DNA of 64,000 nt. Origin: Elusimicrobiota bacterium (GTDB taxonomy: Bacteria; Elusimicrobiota; Elusimicrobia; Elusimicrobiales; UBA9959). The notes below the pieces were generated by a model. It saw only the letters and a program-made list of their open reading frames with translations, had not been told where the DNA came from and ran no database searches. The stretch is taken from NCBI GenBank assembly GCA_019135865.1, contig JAGVVD010000038.1, forward strand, positions 364 through 64,363. Reading direction: 5' to 3'. Positions 16,735-23,799 of the stretch are shown in pieces. Both the position numbers and the translations under genes were made by a program. Position 1 is the first letter of the stretch; every line of letters starts with the position of its first letter.

Positions 16735-17085
16735 TTAGAGCGTGTTCTGCCAGGGACCGGCGTTGGTGACGTCCCTGAACCCCATCCCGCGCATCATCCC
16801 GGCGGCTATCCCGCTCCGGGCTCCCGAGGCGCAGCAAAGTATCACCGGCTTGGTCTTATCGAGTCCCTTAGCGCCTTCGGCTATGGAATCCAGCGGTATG
16901 TTTATGCTGCCGGGCCTGTTGCCCGCGGCGAACTCTCCCGGCGTGCGCACGTCCACGAAAACGGCGCCTCTCGCGGCCAGGTCCGGGATCTTCTTTTTCA
17001 CGGTCATGTAGCGCACCTGCCTGTATATGAGGTAGCCGGCGATAAGCGCCGGCAGTATGTAAGGCTGTATTGTTTCTATGTCCAT
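16735..17085 (-). CDS. rhodanese-like sulfurtransferase domain protein with N-terminal TM helix
   Basis: VDVRTPGEFAAG...ILCCASGARS active-site loop. Confidence 0.85.
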   Translation of the reverse strand: MDIETIQPYILPALIAGYLIYRQVRYMTVKKKIPDLAARGAVFVDVRTPGEFAAGNRPGSINIPLDSIAEGAKGLDKTKPVILCCASGARSGIAAGMMRGMGFRDVTNAGPWQNTL

Positions 17086-17142
17086 TATTTTTTGGATGCC
17101 GGCGCGCCGCGAAAAGTTTCAGGACGGCGCGCTTTTGTTTTG

Positions 17143-17148
17143 TAGAAT
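17143..17148 (+). promoter_or_regulatory. -10 box TAGAAT 6 nt upstream of ATG 17155 (leaderless geometry)
   Basis: gcgcgcttttgttttgTAGAATttagcgATG, preceded by the hairpin ggcgcgccg/cggcgcgc. Confidence 0.5.
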
Positions 17149-17154
17149 TTAGCG

Positions 17155-17826
17155 ATGAAAAATACCGCCCTTCCTCCTCACCGGGAGGAATGCTATACCT
17201 GCTTCCGGGTGAAGAAGAACTGCCTCTGCGGCGGCGTGAAACCTTTCGCCACGCGGATGCGCTTCGTCATCCTGATGCATACCAAGGAGGCGCGCAAGCA
17301 GCGGACGGGCACGGCGCGGCTGGCCTGGCTGTGCCTGAAGAACGCCGACCTTTTCATCGGCACGGAATTCGGGCGGGACGAGAGGGTGAATGCGCTGCTG
17401 CGCGACCCGGCCTATGTCCCTTTCGTGCTCTACCCCGGGCCAAAAGCCGTCAATTTCAGGGATATGGACCGCGCCGCGCTGCCCGCCGGCAAGACGCCGC
17501 TGGTCTTCGTCATAGACGGCACCTGGAACACCGCGCGGACGCTGCTCAACAAAAGCCCCAATGTCAAAGCCCTGCCGCGCCTCTCTTTTTCCCGCCCGTA
17601 CCTGTCCCGGTTCTCCATAAAGAAGCAGCCCAAGCCGCATTGCGTCTCCACCATAGAGGCCATCTACCATCTCTGCGGCGAGGCCGGGGAGGCCGGTTTC
17701 GAAAGTTGCGGCGACAAGAAGGAAGTCCTGATGGAACTGCTCGGGAAACTGGTCGAGACCCAGCTCTGGTACAGCCGCCGGCACCGCCACCGCCGCGAGG
17801 ACAACAAGAAAATTAAGCGCGCCTGA
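17155..17826 (+). CDS. tapT: DTW-domain tRNA-uridine aminocarboxypropyltransferase
   Basis: N-terminal CYTCFRVKKNCLCG cysteines and a VFVIDGTWNTARTLL (DTW) motif. Confidence 0.75.
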   Translation: MKNTALPPHREECYTCFRVKKNCLCGGVKPFATRMRFVILMHTKEARKQRTGTARLAWLCLKNADLFIGTEFGRDERVNALLRDPAYVPFVLYPGPKAVNFRDMDRAALPAGKTPLVFVIDGTWNTARTLLNKSPNVKALPRLSFSRPYLSRFSIKKQPKPHCVSTIEAIYHLCGEAGEAGFESCGDKKEVLMELLGKLVETQLWYSRRHRHRREDNKKIKRA

Positions 17827-17854
17827 CCGCCGGGGGAGCCCGGCGGTTCTTTTT
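17826..17854 (+). terminator. rho-independent terminator
   Basis: accgccggg-ggag-cccggcggt followed by tcttttt. Confidence 0.65.
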
Positions 17855-17922
17855 CGGCGGGGACCGAAGTACCCTGTCGCGGCCTGGGCCGTTCTTCCCT
17901 TACGCCCCCGCCTTGTAATTGT

Positions 17923-17928
17923 AATAAT
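17923..17928 (+). promoter_or_regulatory. -10-like AATAAT 6 nt upstream of ATG 17935 (leaderless geometry)
   Basis: ttgtaattgtAATAATgatggtATG with no SD. Confidence 0.4.
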
Positions 17929-17934
17929 GATGGT

Positions 17935-18504
17935 ATGAAAAGATTCCGCGCACCCCTGCTCGTCTCCGCCCTCTTCGCCGCCGCCCTGCCGCTGCTTTTC
18001 GCCGCCGGTCCCGTTTACGATCAGCTCTCCGGGCTGGCCGGGACGCCCGCCGTCGACCTTCCGGTCCCCGAGGCTCTCGAAGCGGAGGACGGGGTATACA
18101 AGTACGAGAACCCGCCCTGCGTGCCCAGCGACGAGCTGCTGCCCGGCAGGGGTTTCTTCCCGGTGGTCAGCGACGCGCGCCGCGAGCGGGCCATCGAAGA
18201 CCTGCTGGCCAGGCTGGCGGTTTGCCGGCCGATGCCCTACGACAATGACGGCAATATCCACAGCAAGCCGCGCCCCGGCCTGCCCAGGAAACCTTACGGC
18301 TATTACAGGGAATACACGCTGATAGTTCCCGGCCGCCCGACGGGCTCCGGCCCGGAACCGGTGGTGATAGGCGGCCAGACCTACATGGCCGGCCCCGTGC
18401 TCAGCTTCCGCGGAGCGGAGCGCCTGCTGATAGGCGATCACCGCGAGATCTACTACACGCCGGACCACTATTCGACTTTCGTGCGCCTCGACATAGTGCG
18501 CTGA
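17935..18504 (+). CDS. secreted guanyl-specific ribonuclease (barnase/RNase Sa, N1/T1 superfamily)
   Basis: Signal peptide MKRFRAPLLVSALFAAALPLLFA. YGYYREYTL (catalytic Glu), RGAERLL (Arg) and YYTPDHYSTF (His) match RNase Sa/barnase motifs. Confidence 0.8.
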   Translation: MKRFRAPLLVSALFAAALPLLFAAGPVYDQLSGLAGTPAVDLPVPEALEAEDGVYKYENPPCVPSDELLPGRGFFPVVSDARRERAIEDLLARLAVCRPMPYDNDGNIHSKPRPGLPRKPYGYYREYTLIVPGRPTGSGPEPVVIGGQTYMAGPVLSFRGAERLLIGDHREIYYTPDHYSTFVRLDIVR

Positions 18505-18523
18505 ACCGGGTCTCCCGAACGAG

Positions 18524-18556
18524 GCCGCCGGGACGTTTTCCCGGCGGTTTTGTTTT
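18524..18556 (+). terminator. rho-independent terminator
   Basis: gccgccggga-cgtt-tcccggcggt followed by tttgtttt. Confidence 0.65.
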
Positions 18557-18557
18557 G

Positions 18558-18563
18558 TAAAAT
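18558..18563 (+). promoter_or_regulatory. -10 box TAAAAT 6 nt upstream of ATG 18570 (leaderless geometry)
   Basis: ttttgttttgTAAAATacaactATG with no SD. Confidence 0.5.
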
Positions 18564-18569
18564 ACAACT

Positions 18570-19100
18570 ATGGCGAATATGAACGTGAATGGCGGGAACC
18601 GGATCCTCATTATCGCGGCGATAATAGCGGTTACTCTGCTGGCCCTGGCCGGCATCAAGTTCATGATGAGCGACAGCTCTTCAGGGACGTCCGCGGGGAC
18701 TCTTGAGAACAGGGAGATATTCACTCCCTCCGATACCGCGGCTCCGCCCCCGGAATTGAACCCGCTGTCGCGTCCCGCCAGTTCCAGCGGCGGCGCCCTG
18801 GACATGTTCAGCAAGACCAATGCCGGCTATTACGGCGAGGAGGAAGAGGCCGAACCATCCGCGGCGCAGCCCGTTCCCAAGGCCGAAAAGCCGGCCGCAA
18901 AGGTTCCCAAAAAAACCTCCTCCGCCAAGCCCAAGGCGAAGACCACCGTCATCCCCCGCATGACGACGACCCCTTTCAAATCCATAACCCCCACCAATGT
19001 CTCGCCCGCCGGCGCGGGCGGTCAGCAGGGAATGCCCGACCTTTCCACCATAATGAAGCAGGCCCAGGAACAGTCCGGGCGGGGCGGGTCCGGCCAGTAG
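18570..19100 (+). CDS. membrane-anchored Pro/Ala/Ser/Lys-rich protein
   Basis: One N-terminal TM segment (ILIIAAIIAVTLLALAGI) followed by a low-complexity tail. Confidence 0.5.
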   Translation: MANMNVNGGNRILIIAAIIAVTLLALAGIKFMMSDSSSGTSAGTLENREIFTPSDTAAPPPELNPLSRPASSSGGALDMFSKTNAGYYGEEEEAEPSAAQPVPKAEKPAAKVPKKTSSAKPKAKTTVIPRMTTTPFKSITPTNVSPAGAGGQQGMPDLSTIMKQAQEQSGRGGSGQ

Positions 19101-19126
19101 CGGGATGAACTCCAGCGCTGGGTGAA

Positions 19127-19157
19127 GCCGCCGGCCGGGAGCCGGCGGTTTTTTTAT
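19127..19157 (+). terminator. rho-independent terminator overlapping the convergent MATE stop
   Basis: gccgccggc-cggga-gccggcggt followed by ttttttt. Confidence 0.6.
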
Positions 19158-20521
19158 TGCTGCGGAACCAATTGCGGCGCGCCCGGTTCGAGCAGCCGCA
19201 GGGTGCTCCCGCCGCGGTGGAAGAGCCACGACGCCCAGATCCCTTTCAGGAATGTGGAGACGCTTATGGCCCACCAGATGCCGGCGGTGCCCAGGCCGAA
19301 GGTGACGGCCAGCAGCCAGGCGGCGGGCCAGCGGGCCACGGTCAGCGGCACGGCGATGAGCATATAGTCGCGCGTGTGGCCGAGCCCGGTGAAAACTCCT
19401 TCGAACATCAGTTCCCAGCCCAGGAAGATCTCGAAATAGCCGATGACGCGCAGGTAGCGCGCCGCGTTGGCTATCACCTCGGGGTCCTGCGTGAGCGGGC
19501 TCACCAGCAGTTCGGGGATGAAGACGAAGGCCAGCGCCACCGGCATGAGCAGCGCCGTTATCAGGAAGCGGCCGCGGGTCACCACCTGTCTGACCCGGGC
19601 CATGTCGCCGCGGCCGTAGGCCTGGCCCACCAGCGCGGCCATCGCCGTGGAGAAGCCGATCCCCAGGAAGTAGGGGAAGCCTTCCAGGCGGAAGCAGACG
19701 CTCAGCCCCGCCAGCGGCGCCTCGCCGAAGCGCGTGATTATGGAGGTCAGCGCCGGGTAGACCAGCGACCAGACCACGTTGACCGCGGCGGCCGGCACGC
19801 CTATCTGGAGTATCCTCAGCGAACGCCCGAAGGCGGGCACGCGCAGCACCTCGGAGAGCGGGGGCAGGTAGCCCCGGCGGCGCAGGAAGACCAGCTGTAC
19901 GGCAAGGGCGCACGCGGTGCAGATGGCGGAGGCCGAAGCCGCGCCGGCCGCGCCGAAGGGCCGGCCCGTGCCCCAGCCCAGTATCAGCACCGGGTCGAGC
20001 GCTATGTTGAGCGCCACCGACGAGGACATTATGAGCACGTTGGTGCGCGTGTCGCCGTAGGCGTTGAATATCGCGCCGGCCAGGTTGCAAAGGTAGTAGA
20101 GGGGCATGGCGAAGGTGAAGATGGTGAGGTACTGCCTGGCGTAGGCGGCGGTCTCCGGCCGCAGTCCCATGAGGCGGAAGAGGCCGCCGATGGAAGGCAA
20201 CAGCAGCGCCATGAAGAGCAGGCAGGCGCCCAGGCTCAGCCAGGCGGCCTCGACGGCGATGTCGCGCGCCTCGTCCCGCCTGCCGGCGCCATAGGCCTGG
20301 GCTATCAGGCTGTTGGCTCCGGCATTGGTCGCGTTCATGGCGGCATAGACCGCCCAGGTCAGGAACGCGGCCGAAGCCACGCCGGCGATAGCGGAGGTGC
20401 CGAGCCGCCCTATCCAGAATATATTGACGGCGTCGAAGAGTATGAAGGCCAGGAAACCGAGGAAAGCCGGCACGGCTATGCGGTAAATTTCGCGGTCCAG
20501 CGGGTGCTTCAGCCAGCGCAT
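19154..20521 (-). CDS. MATE family efflux transporter
   Basis: 455 aa, 12-TM-like, with REIYRIAVPAFLGFLAF...IGRLGTSAIAGVA... Confidence 0.9.
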   Translation of the reverse strand: MRWLKHPLDREIYRIAVPAFLGFLAFILFDAVNIFWIGRLGTSAIAGVASAAFLTWAVYAAMNATNAGANSLIAQAYGAGRRDEARDIAVEAAWLSLGACLLFMALLLPSIGGLFRLMGLRPETAAYARQYLTIFTFAMPLYYLCNLAGAIFNAYGDTRTNVLIMSSSVALNIALDPVLILGWGTGRPFGAAGAASASAICTACALAVQLVFLRRRGYLPPLSEVLRVPAFGRSLRILQIGVPAAAVNVVWSLVYPALTSIITRFGEAPLAGLSVCFRLEGFPYFLGIGFSTAMAALVGQAYGRGDMARVRQVVTRGRFLITALLMPVALAFVFIPELLVSPLTQDPEVIANAARYLRVIGYFEIFLGWELMFEGVFTGLGHTRDYMLIAVPLTVARWPAAWLLAVTFGLGTAGIWWAISVSTFLKGIWASWLFHRGGSTLRLLEPGAPQLVPQQ

Positions 20522-20544
20522 ACGTACAAGTTTACCTTATAGCC

Positions 20545-20564
20545 GGGGACGTTGTTTAGTCGTT
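20545..20564 (+). repeat. dispersed motif copy 3 (GGGGACGTTGTTTAGTCGTT)
   Basis: Lies in the divergent intergenic region between the MATE and kinase genes. Confidence 0.6.
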
Positions 20565-20653
20565 CAATTCCCGTATGGCGCCGCGCGGTTTTTCCGGCCA
20601 TTTCCGGAAGACGGGCGCGAAAAAGCCTCAAAAAGGTATAGAATATCGTAGTT

Positions 20654-21340
20654 ATGGCCGACACCGACAAAAAAGACAAGCCCGACCTGCTCAGGCAGAT
20701 GTCCAGCGTGGTGAGCCACGAGATACGCAACCCGCTGGCTATAATCTCCAATTCGCTCTATTTCATAAAGACCAAGCTGTCGGCCGGCGGCGCGGGACCC
20801 GATCCCAAGGTCGCCAAGCATCTCGGCATCATCGATGGCGAGGTGAAGCACGCCAACGAGGTCATCGAGGAGATGCTCTGCTTCACGCGCGACCGCGAAC
20901 TGCAGCTGGCGCCGGCCAAGATGAACGCCGGTATCGACGACATCGTCGGCGCCTTCCCGCTGCCCGAGGGCGTGAAAGTGGAGGCCGCGCACGACCCCGG
21001 CGACCCCAGGGTCAGCGTCGATATAGAGGCTATGCGTTACGCGCTGCGCCTGGTCATGACCAACGCGGTGCAGGCGATGCCCGAAGGCGGCACGGTGAAG
21101 ATAGAGTGCGCGCACGACGCGAACACGGCCCGGCTGACCTTCACAGACGGCGGACCGGGTTTCCCTAACGGGGACGGCGAGAAGGCCTTCGAGCCCTTCT
21201 TCACCACCAAGCCGCGCGGCGTGGGCCTGGGCCTGAGCATAGTCCGCAAGTACGCCGAGCGCCACGGCGGTTCGGCGAAGGCGGAGAACGCTCCCGGCGG
21301 CGGCGCGCGGGTGATCATCTCGCTGCCGCTGCTGAAATAA
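20654..21340 (+). CDS. histidine kinase, HisKA plus HATPase_c only (no sensor domain)
   Basis: H-box VVSHEIRNPLAI. G-boxes DGGPGF and GVGLGLSIV. TAGAAT lies 9 nt upstream of the ATG. Confidence 0.85.
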   Translation: MADTDKKDKPDLLRQMSSVVSHEIRNPLAIISNSLYFIKTKLSAGGAGPDPKVAKHLGIIDGEVKHANEVIEEMLCFTRDRELQLAPAKMNAGIDDIVGAFPLPEGVKVEAAHDPGDPRVSVDIEAMRYALRLVMTNAVQAMPEGGTVKIECAHDANTARLTFTDGGPGFPNGDGEKAFEPFFTTKPRGVGLGLSIVRKYAERHGGSAKAENAPGGGARVIISLPLLK

Positions 21341-21401
21341 GTCGGCTGGACGGGCGGCCCCGCGGGAAGGGAAAGTTTTAATTTCGGAGGAGGATGGCCA
21401 T

Positions 21402-21983
21402 ATGACGAATTGTCCCAAATGCAGTTCCGAAACGCTGGTGAAGACCGAGGCGCTGGGGAATATCCCGCTCGATGTCTGTCCCGGCTGCAAAGGCATCTTT
21501 TTCGACAAGGGCGAGCTCGAGGCCCTGCTCAAGCAGTCGCAGGGCGATGTGCCCGCCGGTTTCGAGCTGATCTCGCCCAGGCCCGAGGGGCTGCCCTGCC
21601 CCAGGTGCAATGTGAAGATGTCGCGCGGCGGCCTGGTCAACCCTCTTCTGCTGGTGGACAAGTGCGGGGCCTGCGGCGGCGTCTGGCTGGACCCGCGCGA
21701 GCTGGCGCTGCTCAAGAAACTGCTGGGCCTGACCGGCGGCGCCGAGAGCGTGGAAGTCTCCCGGCCGGCCCCGGCCGCACCGGAGCCCGAGAAAAAGGGT
21801 CTCCCGCTCCTCAAATACGCGCTGGTCCTGGCCGGGCTGCTGGGGCTGGGGATGGTCAGCTACGAGCTGTACGTTTACTTCAGCCCGGAGGGTTCGGCTC
21901 CCGGCAGTTTCTCCGCCGCGATGGCGTCGTTCGGCTTCCTGCTCTTCCTCGGCGGCGGTATAGGTTCGATGAAGGTCAAATAG
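21402..21983 (+). CDS. double zinc-ribbon (TFIIB-type zf) protein with C-terminal TM helices
   Basis: CPKC...CPGCKGIFFDKGELE and CPRC...CGACGGVWLDPRELA, followed by two hydrophobic helices. Confidence 0.7.
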   Translation: MTNCPKCSSETLVKTEALGNIPLDVCPGCKGIFFDKGELEALLKQSQGDVPAGFELISPRPEGLPCPRCNVKMSRGGLVNPLLLVDKCGACGGVWLDPRELALLKKLLGLTGGAESVEVSRPAPAAPEPEKKGLPLLKYALVLAGLLGLGMVSYELYVYFSPEGSAPGSFSAAMASFGFLLFLGGGIGSMKVK

Positions 21984-22009
21984 AGGTCCGCGGGGTCCGC
22001 GGCCGTGAA

Positions 22010-22040
22010 ACCGCCGGGGGCCCCCCGGCGGTTTTATTTT
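22010..22040 (+). terminator. hairpin plus T-tract, followed by TAAAAT (22043-22048)
   Basis: accgccggggg/cccccggcggt followed by tttatttt. Confidence 0.55.
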
Positions 22041-22073
22041 GCTAAAATAGGCCGGTAAGTCCAAGGGGAGCGC

Positions 22074-22445
22074 ATGGCGGGAATACTTATCATAGACGAC
22101 GACAAGGATTTCAGCGGCCTCGCGGCGGCTTATTTCTCCAGACAGGGCCATACCGTCACCCTTGCCGGCGGCGGCCGGGAAGGACTCTCGAAGGCCGTCT
22201 CCGCCGGACCCGACATAGTGTTCCTCGACATCATGATGCCGGACATGAACGGGATCGAGGTGCTGCGCGAGCTCAACTCGGACCCCGAGACTTCCGGTAT
22301 CCCCGTGCTCGTGCTCACCGGCAGGTACATAGACCCGGGCATGAGCGATATGTTCGCGCAGGAACGCAACTACCGCGGCGTGATCTCCAAGCCGGTGGAC
22401 CTCGACGCGCTGCAGCGAAAGATGAACGAGGTCCTCAAGATCTGA
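22074..22445 (+). CDS. single-domain response regulator (receiver only)
   Basis: ILIIDDD...FLDIMMPDMNG...LVLTG...ISKP. Confidence 0.9.
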   Translation: MAGILIIDDDKDFSGLAAAYFSRQGHTVTLAGGGREGLSKAVSAGPDIVFLDIMMPDMNGIEVLRELNSDPETSGIPVLVLTGRYIDPGMSDMFAQERNYRGVISKPVDLDALQRKMNEVLKI

Positions 22446-22469
22446 CCCCGGCCGCGGCCGCCGGACCGG

Positions 22470-22856
22470 ATGGAGCGAAAAATGCCTTCCATACTGTTGA
22501 TAGACGATGACGACGATTTCAGCGGGCTGACCTCCGAGTTCTTCACCCGGCGCGGTTATAAAGTGGAACTGGCGACCGGCGGAAAGACCGGCCTGGCCAA
22601 GGTGGCCGACTCGCCTCCCGACCTGATCTTCCTCGATATCATGATGCCGGACATGAACGGGATCGAGGTGCTGCGCGAGCTGAGCTCGGATTATGACACG
22701 GCCTCCATCCCGGTGCTGGTGATGAGCAGCCGGAACGTGGACGCGGGCATGCAGAGGATGTTCGCGCAGGAACGCAATTTCAAGGGTTTCGTCGCCAAGC
22801 CGCCGAATTTCGACGCCCTGGAGATGAAGGTCGCCGGCCTCATCCGCGGCAGTTAG
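22470..22856 (+). CDS. single-domain response regulator (receiver only), paralog of the previous gene
   Basis: ILLIDDD...FLDIMMPDMNG...VAKP. Confidence 0.9.
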   Translation: MERKMPSILLIDDDDDFSGLTSEFFTRRGYKVELATGGKTGLAKVADSPPDLIFLDIMMPDMNGIEVLRELSSDYDTASIPVLVMSSRNVDAGMQRMFAQERNFKGFVAKPPNFDALEMKVAGLIRGS

Positions 22857-22888
22857 GGGACGTTGTTGAGTTGTTGACTTGTTGAGTT
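22856..22888 (+). repeat. dispersed motif copy 4, extended (GGGGACGTTGTTGAGTTGTTGACTTGTTGAGTT)
   Basis: Starts at the last base of the RR stop codon. It contains three 8-nt TGTTGA(G/C)T units. Confidence 0.6.
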
Positions 22889-22956
22889 ATCCGGTTCTTA
22901 CGCAGTATAGAACTTTCCGGCAGGTCCCGTCCCGCCGGAGCATCAAGGAGTCGAAG

Positions 22957-23625
22957 ATGAAACAGATCGGACTCGTTCTATTGGCGGTCGCGCTGGCCTG
23001 CCCCGCGCCGGCCCTTGCCAAAAAAAAGCCGGCGGCCGCCCCGGCCGCCGCCAAAACACGGACGGCGGCGGTGGTCCCGCCGGCCGCCGCCAAAACACAG
23101 GCGGAGGCGCCGGCCGCGCCAGCCGCCGCCGAAGCACCGACGGAGGCCCCGGCCGCGCCGGCCGTCGAAACACAGACGGAAGTACCCGCCGCGGCGGAGC
23201 AGGCCCCTGCTCCCGTCCCGGCCGCCAAGCCGGCCTTCCGTTCCGCCTGCCCGTACTGTTTCCAGCCGCTGCTGGACGGTTACGCCGCTCTTATCGAGGA
23301 CCTGAAACCCTGGCTGGCCGAACTGGAGACGAGCGCCGCGGACTTCGAGGCGACCCTTTCGGGCATACAGAAGGAGATCGACGCCAAGGACGCCGCGATC
23401 TCCGCGGCTAAAGAGGGGGCGGACAAGAAGGCCGTTAAGGCCGAGGTCAAGAAGCTCACGGCCGACCGCAAGGTCCTTCTGAAAAAATACGTGTCGGTCA
23501 GCGATGAGAAAGAGAAATTCTACAAGCGCTATTCCAAGGAAGTCGCCAAAAGGATAGAGGCGCAGATAGGGAAGGTCCAGCAGATGCTGAGGCAGGTCCA
23601 GTCGGCCGCTTCGAGCCAGGGCTAG
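22957..23625 (+). CDS. secreted Ala/Pro-rich repeat protein with CxxC and a coiled-coil C-terminus
   Basis: SD aaggag. Signal peptide MKQIGLVLLAVALACPAPALA. About four 13-aa A/P repeats, then ACPYCFQP and a K/E-rich helix. Confidence 0.6.
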   Translation: MKQIGLVLLAVALACPAPALAKKKPAAAPAAAKTRTAAVVPPAAAKTQAEAPAAPAAAEAPTEAPAAPAVETQTEVPAAAEQAPAPVPAAKPAFRSACPYCFQPLLDGYAALIEDLKPWLAELETSAADFEATLSGIQKEIDAKDAAISAAKEGADKKAVKAEVKKLTADRKVLLKKYVSVSDEKEKFYKRYSKEVAKRIEAQIGKVQQMLRQVQSAASSQG

Positions 23626-23711
23626 GGCCGGTCCTCGGAGAGGAAAGCGTGGAAACAGGCGCGCGCGGACATTACAGGTCCGGCTGAGCCGTTCCTAAGC
23701 GCCCCCCTGCG

Positions 23712-23741
23712 GCCGCCCCGGCGACGGGGCGGCTTTTTTTT
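23712..23741 (+). terminator. rho-independent terminator
   Basis: gccgccccg-gcga-cggggcggc followed by tttttttt. Confidence 0.7.
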
Positions 23742-23787
23742 ACCCCGATTTTACACTGGCGGCGGCGGCCGGTTTTACAAAAAAAGG

Positions 23788-23793
23788 TATTAT
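23788..23793 (+). promoter_or_regulatory. -10 box TATTAT 6 nt upstream of ATG 23800 (leaderless geometry)
   Basis: aaaaaaaggTATTATttgggtATG with no SD. Confidence 0.45.
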
Positions 23794-23799
23794 TTGGGT

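Noticed and set aside
17874-17884. 11-mer ccctgtcgcgg shared upstream of the leaderless genes 17935 and 39378 (second copy about 39336-39346)
   Set aside because: There are only two copies, at different distances from the ATG (about 60 vs about 40 nt). This is plausibly chance in GC-rich sequence.
18570-19100. Downstream neighbour of the RNase as a barstar-type inhibitor
   Set aside because: It has an N-terminal TM helix and a Pro/Ala/Ser/Lys low-complexity tail. It shows none of the compact acidic alpha/beta character of barstar. It is kept only as a speculative alternative in the findings.
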